From contig CAYSHM010000007.1 in NCBI GenBank assembly GCA_964430885.1, positions 67,623 to 131,622 on the forward strand: a DNA stretch of 64,000 bases. The letters are read 5' to 3'. Below are positions 58,951 through 64,000 of the stretch, piece by piece (within the stretch, counting starts at the first letter, position 1; each line of letters opens with the position of its first letter). The translations under genes were made by a program, and so were the position numbers. Below the pieces are notes generated by a model that was not told the origin of the DNA, did no database searches, and worked only from the letters and a program-made list of their open reading frames with translations. Origin of the DNA: an uncultured archaeon (lineage in GTDB: Archaea > Thermoplasmatota > Penumbrarchaeia > JASLWR01).

Positions 58951-60228
58951 ATGAGCATGTCCAAAGATACTGAGATTGGACCTCTCCTTGATATTCTGAT
59001 CATAGGAGCTGGCCCTGCTGGACTCATGGCAGGGGCCTTTCTTTCTATGAAAAATACAGATGCTAGAAAAAAAATCATGATACTTGAAAAGGGGAAGAAA
59101 GCTGGAAGAAAGCTGCTCCTGACCGGTGGGGGCCGATGCAATTTTACTCACACCGGAACTCCTCGGAAGCTCCTTGCAAATTATAACAGGCCCAAATGGA
59201 TAAAGCATTCAATCTACTCATTCAATAATGAGGATCTGATGGAGTTCTTCCATTCTAGAGGTATGAATATTCTCACGGAAAAGGACGGAAGGATTTTTCC
59301 AGAATCAAGCCAATCAAAGGACGTGCTGGAAATACTGCTTAATGAATGTAGAAAGGGTAATATTGAGATCAGCACGAACTGTCCTGTAATCGAAGTGAAG
59401 CAAAAGGATCATCCAGACAAGAAGGAAGAAGAAAATATCTATTCAGTAGCTGTCATGAATAAATACTACTTCTGTAAGAAAATACTCATATCCACCGGAG
59501 GCTGCTCCTACCCCTCAACTGGATCAGAGGGGGACGGGTACAGATTCGCTGAAGCACTAGGTCATAAAATTATAAAACCCCGGTCGGGACTATCGTCGGT
59601 AAATATCCGGGAACATCCCATGACCGATCTACCCGGTTTGACCCTGAGATCGGTCCCCATATCGATATTCAGGAGTTCCAGAAAGCTCTTTGCCTCTCAG
59701 GGTGATGTTCTCATTACCCACAAGGGACTTAGCGGTCCAGGGATACTTGACATATCCCACCATATAAAGACTGGAGATGAGATAAGATTGAACCTTACAG
59801 GAGAAAAGAGCAAAGATTTTGATAGTCGATTTTTAGAAAATATTTCTCACAGAGGCTCAGAATTGATCAAAACGGTTCTCAAGGATTATTATCTGCCATT
59901 AGGTTTGATAAATAATGTTCTGAAAAGGAGTGGGGTCGGCAATGATACCTCCTGCTCTAACCTTTCAAAGATCAAGAGGAAAAGGCTATTATCCAATCTA
60001 AGGGAATATTCCTTCCTAGTTGAATCCACACAACCTCTTGAGAAAGCTATGCTGACAGTTGGGGGAATTGAATTAGGAGAGATCGATCCCCGAACCATGG
60101 AATCCAGAATGAAGAAGAATTGTTTTTTTGCTGGAGAGATCCTGGATATTAATGGTTCTTCAGGCGGTTATAACATTCAGGCTGCTTTCTCTACAGGATG
60201 GGTAGCTGGAAAGAATTTATTGCTATAG
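58951..60228 (+). CDS. HI0933/BaiN family NAD(P)/FAD-dependent oxidoreductase
   Basis: IIGAGPAGLMA, GRKLLLTGGGRCNFT, GRIFP, TGG.SYP.TGS.GDGY, THKGLSGP, T.GG, TMES, GE.LD..G..GGYNIQ.AFSTG. Confidence 0.95.
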   Translation: MSMSKDTEIGPLLDILIIGAGPAGLMAGAFLSMKNTDARKKIMILEKGKKAGRKLLLTGGGRCNFTHTGTPRKLLANYNRPKWIKHSIYSFNNEDLMEFFHSRGMNILTEKDGRIFPESSQSKDVLEILLNECRKGNIEISTNCPVIEVKQKDHPDKKEEENIYSVAVMNKYYFCKKILISTGGCSYPSTGSEGDGYRFAEALGHKIIKPRSGLSSVNIREHPMTDLPGLTLRSVPISIFRSSRKLFASQGDVLITHKGLSGPGILDISHHIKTGDEIRLNLTGEKSKDFDSRFLENISHRGSELIKTVLKDYYLPLGLINNVLKRSGVGNDTSCSNLSKIKRKRLLSNLREYSFLVESTQPLEKAMLTVGGIELGEIDPRTMESRMKKNCFFAGEILDINGSSGGYNIQAAFSTGWVAGKNLLL

Positions 60229-60310
60229 GGAATTAAGTACAATAATTGATAGAAGAAAATTTATTCAATATCGTTCCAAAGCAATTGACATTTTATTGAT
60301 TTCACAAAAT

Positions 60311-63300
60311 CTATTTTCGATGTGTGAAGAAATATAGTTTGATACCAAATATAATAATAAAAAGAAGTGAAACTAGTACTATTATTATTAAATAAATTTT
60401 ATAAACTATTCCAACGTTTTCAATGTTATTAGGGTCTTTGGGAAAAGGGTCCAATTCTAAACGTGGACGAGATGTACTATTCCAATGATTCATTCCTGAA
60501 TTCCATTCATCAGGCATCCCATCACCATCTGAATCAAGGGATGCTGATGGATCTAACGGAAATGCATCTAAATATAAATCAGAAGTTAGTTTTGATTCTT
60601 GAAATCCTGAATTCCACTCATCAGGATATCCGTCACCATCCGTATCGATGGAAGCTGCGCTGTTAAAAGGTAAATCGTCATAATTGTTAGTGAATCCATC
60701 ATTATCAGAATCTTTCGCTATAACGACGGGTCTATTTTCCCATCGTAGATGAGGATATTCGACATATTCATTGATTGACCATACCATTTGAAAATCCCAT
60801 CCCGCTTCTATAAAAGTATTTTCTAACATCATTTCTCTTGTGGTTATTCCCTCTCCAAAATAGTCGGAATATCTAGTATATTCAATATTCCAAAAACAGT
60901 TTTGAGTTCCGCTTTCATACATCCACCCTACCAATGATCCTATTTCATCATCTCCAATAACACTAACATTTGCATAGCAATTGTAAATATTACTATCCTC
61001 AAGCTTTCCAGCAAGACCCCCGATATTGTTATTGCCACGAACACTTCCATTTGAATAGCAGTCGGAAATGAAACTATCCTTAATATAACCTACCAATCCT
61101 CCAATATTTTCATCATCATAGTAATAATCATCATTACCTATGACATTATTGTTCGTATAGCATTCGGTAATATTTGATTCCTCGGCACTCCCAACAAGTC
61201 CTCCAATACTACTTCTTCCCTGAACTTTTTCATTTGCATAGCAGTTAGTAATGGTCCCCCCATTAATTTTACCTATTAATCCGCCGACCGTGTAATCACC
61301 TTTTACTTTTACATTTGAATAGCATGTAGTAACATAACTATTATAAATATATCCTATCAGACCCCCTACATAGGAATCACCTTGTACTTCACCATATGAT
61401 TTGCATTTATCAACTTTATTTTTACTAATACCAATAAGACCACCAACATTTTCCGCCTCCCCCCTTACACAGCAATTCGTAGCGGAATTTGTTACTATAC
61501 CATAATTCTTACCTACTAGTCCTCCAATATTCCAACCTGATCCTGCAATATTTCCCCTAACAGAACAGTTATCAATCAAACCACCATTGTTAAAACCAAT
61601 AACTCCTCCAATTTCCTGGTTACCACTTATATTCAAATTCAGTATCGACAAATTAGATATTTGAATTTTCTCTGCATAACCAATTAATCCCTTATTGTCA
61701 TTATTATATTGAGTAAGATTTATATTTCTGATTACAAATCCATTCCCATCGTACAGTCCCTTATTGAAAATAGGAATATAGAATCCACTTTCAGAATCGA
61801 GATCGATATCTGATGTTTGTCTGAATGAAAAATTATAATTAGCTACGAAAGGCAGAATATTTTTCATATCCCAATGGTTAGAAATATCATAGCAATTTGA
61901 AGATTGATTTTCAGTTAGATATTTTTCAATTATCAAGGATTTATTGTTGCCAATCCAGTCATTAAATTGATTCTTATAGATTCCATAAGGGGTCATGAAG
62001 GATTGATTGTTAATAATCATTTGGTCGATAGAATAGTAGGAATTTGAAATATTATTACTCCTATTCCAATAATTAGCATTATCACCCACCAATCCGCCTA
62101 TTTCTTTGATCCCATTAACCTTTCCTTTAGCATAGCAATTTAGAATTCCTTCAATATTTAGACCGACAAGGCCCCCAATACGATCAATCCCACTAACAGT
62201 ACTGTAAGAGAAGGAATCTACTATTAATTTACCATTGGATCCAACTAATCCTCCAACCATTCCATAACCTATTACATTGGTGTTTGAGTATGATTCATTT
62301 ACCTCACCTTCATTATCCCCTATTAGTCCACCAACCGTATTGAACCCAATAATTCTACCAAGAGTATGTGAATTGTCCACAATGCAATAATTCGAACCTG
62401 CAAGGCCCCCAACACTATTACTACCAGTTACCTCACCATCGTAATATGAGCTCAGGACGACATCATTATTTCTCCCTACTAAGCCTCCAACATCATCACT
62501 TCCAGTGACTTTCCCAGTAGAATACGAATTAATAATATCACCATAATTATCCCCTATCAATCCTCCAGTATATCGATTTCCAGCAACAACACCATTTGCA
62601 TGTGATTGGTCAATTGTACCTCGGTCATTTATTCCAACAAGGCCTCCAATCCGGTAACCTGCTCCTGAAACTTGTCCAGTGGCATAGCAGTTGCATATTT
62701 TACTCACCAAGTTCCCACCAACTAAACCTCCAATTCTAAATTCTTCACCATTTACACTTCCAGAAGAGTGAGAATTGCTTATGATGCTCGAATCAGTATT
62801 GAATCCAACCAAACCCCCAACATCTTCATATCCAATTACTGCTCCAGATGCATGTGAATAATTAATTATCCCCTTATCATTCTTTCCAACCAAACCTCCA
62901 ATACAATTATATCCATTAACAGTCCCTCTAGCGTGGGAGTGATTTATGATTGGTTCTTTATTTGGTTTATGCCAAAGTCTGGTGTTGTGGCCAACAAGCC
63001 CTCCAATCCCATAAAAACCAAATATTTTTCCAGATGCGTATGAATTATTAATAGAACCTGAGTTGTGTCCAACTAAGCCACCCATACAATCTTTATTGAC
63101 ATCTATATCATTGTCATTCACATCAGATGTTGAGCAAGAATCATTAACAAAACCAAAGTTGTAGCCTACCAAACCCCCTCCATTATCATCATCTGTTTCA
63201 ATGCTACCTATTGATTTACAATTCTCAATCATACCATAGTTAGATCCAACCAATCCACCTATTGAATCATATCCACTAACAATACCTCCTACCTGGCAAT

Positions 63301-63961
63301 GTTTTATCTTACCGAAGTTATTTCCAACTAAGCCTCCAACATCAGATGATCCAGATATAACCATATCATTCAAAGTTAAGTTGCTAACAGACCCATTTGA
63401 ATAGATGTCACTAAATAGACCAACAAAATCAGAGCTAGGGAGATTAATGTAAAGATGTGATATTTCATGACCCTGTCCACACAATTTACCAGCGAAACTA
63501 TCATGCCACCATAACCTATGTTCATCGGAGGCCGAATATCCCCCAACAGGTAGAAATCCTTTCCCATCATTCCAATTTTTAGTTTCAGATGCATCAATAT
63601 CATTTACGATCACATAATGTGCACTCAGATCTTTGTTTATTTCCTGTAAATGATGGATATTGCTAATTTGAAATGGATTATATTTTGATCCATCACCCCC
63701 TAAAAATGAAGGTGTTCGGTGACCCAAATTTTCCTTCTTTCCAATAACCTTTATTGTTGATTTATCATTTGTATAAAATTCGCCTCCAATTGATAGGGAC
63801 ATTATACATACTATAAATAATGAAAAAACTAGTTTCTGAGATATAAATGGAATTATTCTTCTAAATTCAATAAGGGTAATATGTATAAATGTTAACCAAT
63901 AAGAAGTACTCCTCATACTATTCAGAGTATACTTCTTTATAAATATATTTAGGCTCCTCAC
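60311..63961 (-). CDS. GLUG-repeat beta-helix surface protein with TSP3-like Ca-binding repeats and TM anchor
   Basis: More than 20 '(V/I)GGL(V/I)G.N' repeats; 'G.G...NPFQISN..HLQ.I..DL.AHY....DIDA'; DxDxDG..D..D.FP.DP repeats; C-terminal TM. The start position is uncertain. Confidence 0.88.
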   Translation of the reverse strand: MRSLNIFIKKYTLNSMRSTSYWLTFIHITLIEFRRIIPFISQKLVFSLFIVCIMSLSIGGEFYTNDKSTIKVIGKKENLGHRTPSFLGGDGSKYNPFQISNIHHLQEINKDLSAHYVIVNDIDASETKNWNDGKGFLPVGGYSASDEHRLWWHDSFAGKLCGQGHEISHLYINLPSSDFVGLFSDIYSNGSVSNLTLNDMVISGSSDVGGLVGNNFGKIKHCQVGGIVSGYDSIGGLVGSNYGMIENCKSIGSIETDDDNGGGLVGYNFGFVNDSCSTSDVNDNDIDVNKDCMGGLVGHNSGSINNSYASGKIFGFYGIGGLVGHNTRLWHKPNKEPIINHSHARGTVNGYNCIGGLVGKNDKGIINYSHASGAVIGYEDVGGLVGFNTDSSIISNSHSSGSVNGEEFRIGGLVGGNLVSKICNCYATGQVSGAGYRIGGLVGINDRGTIDQSHANGVVAGNRYTGGLIGDNYGDIINSYSTGKVTGSDDVGGLVGRNNDVVLSSYYDGEVTGSNSVGGLAGSNYCIVDNSHTLGRIIGFNTVGGLIGDNEGEVNESYSNTNVIGYGMVGGLVGSNGKLIVDSFSYSTVSGIDRIGGLVGLNIEGILNCYAKGKVNGIKEIGGLVGDNANYWNRSNNISNSYYSIDQMIINNQSFMTPYGIYKNQFNDWIGNNKSLIIEKYLTENQSSNCYDISNHWDMKNILPFVANYNFSFRQTSDIDLDSESGFYIPIFNKGLYDGNGFVIRNINLTQYNNDNKGLIGYAEKIQISNLSILNLNISGNQEIGGVIGFNNGGLIDNCSVRGNIAGSGWNIGGLVGKNYGIVTNSATNCCVRGEAENVGGLIGISKNKVDKCKSYGEVQGDSYVGGLIGYIYNSYVTTCYSNVKVKGDYTVGGLIGKINGGTITNCYANEKVQGRSSIGGLVGSAEESNITECYTNNNVIGNDDYYYDDENIGGLVGYIKDSFISDCYSNGSVRGNNNIGGLAGKLEDSNIYNCYANVSVIGDDEIGSLVGWMYESGTQNCFWNIEYTRYSDYFGEGITTREMMLENTFIEAGWDFQMVWSINEYVEYPHLRWENRPVVIAKDSDNDGFTNNYDDLPFNSAASIDTDGDGYPDEWNSGFQESKLTSDLYLDAFPLDPSASLDSDGDGMPDEWNSGMNHWNSTSRPRLELDPFPKDPNNIENVGIVYKIYLIIIVLVSLLFIIIFGIKLYFFTHRK
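60930..63340 (-). repeat. Degenerate tandem coding repeats (GLUG units)
   Basis: Recurrent CCAACxAxxCCTCCAA-type motifs on the + strand, encoding GGLVG about every 26-30 codons. Confidence 0.75.
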
Positions 63962-64000
63962 ACAAATTTGTGCAGAAATTCGGGCAATTTCAATCCACCC

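Noticed and set aside
60930-63340. GLUG repeats as a DGR template/variable pair or a CRISPR-like array
   Set aside because: The repeats are degenerate at synonymous positions and in frame; there is no near-identical pair differing only at adenines and no reverse transcriptase.

Overview
Gene-dense archaeal chromosomal segment. Archaeal markers are aIF5B, PriS, RadB, archaeal-type TyrRS and an HVO_0476-type Zn finger, with GGAGG/GGTGA Shine-Dalgarno (SD) sites and BRE/TATA-like promoters. The dnaK/dnaJ genes, bacterial-type folP/folC and many giant PKD/CARDB/lamin-tail surface proteins suggest an uncultured Thermoplasmatota lineage (inference). About 38 CDSs are present: housekeeping and cofactor genes (cysS, tyrS, folP, folC, thiL, panE, radB, priS, aIF5B, pcm), a heat-shock operon (wHTH regulator-hsp20-dnaK-dnaJ, with no grpE), a DUF4350-DUF58-membrane protein operon lacking its usual MoxR ATPase, and seven large C-terminally anchored surface proteins. 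I found no tRNA, rRNA, CRISPR array, transposase or integrase. The most notable items are: a 2348-aa lamin-tail/phospholipase-D protein with one intact and one catalytically dead duplicated module; a cytoplasmic HEAT + Ig-like + Gly-linked beta-pseudo-repeat + Zn-ribbon protein; a probable ATC start for radB; an HSR1-like operator and structured intergenic elements in the heat-shock operon; and a protein with a degenerate Mrr-like domain upstream of radB. All domain calls are by eye from motifs; no database search was run.
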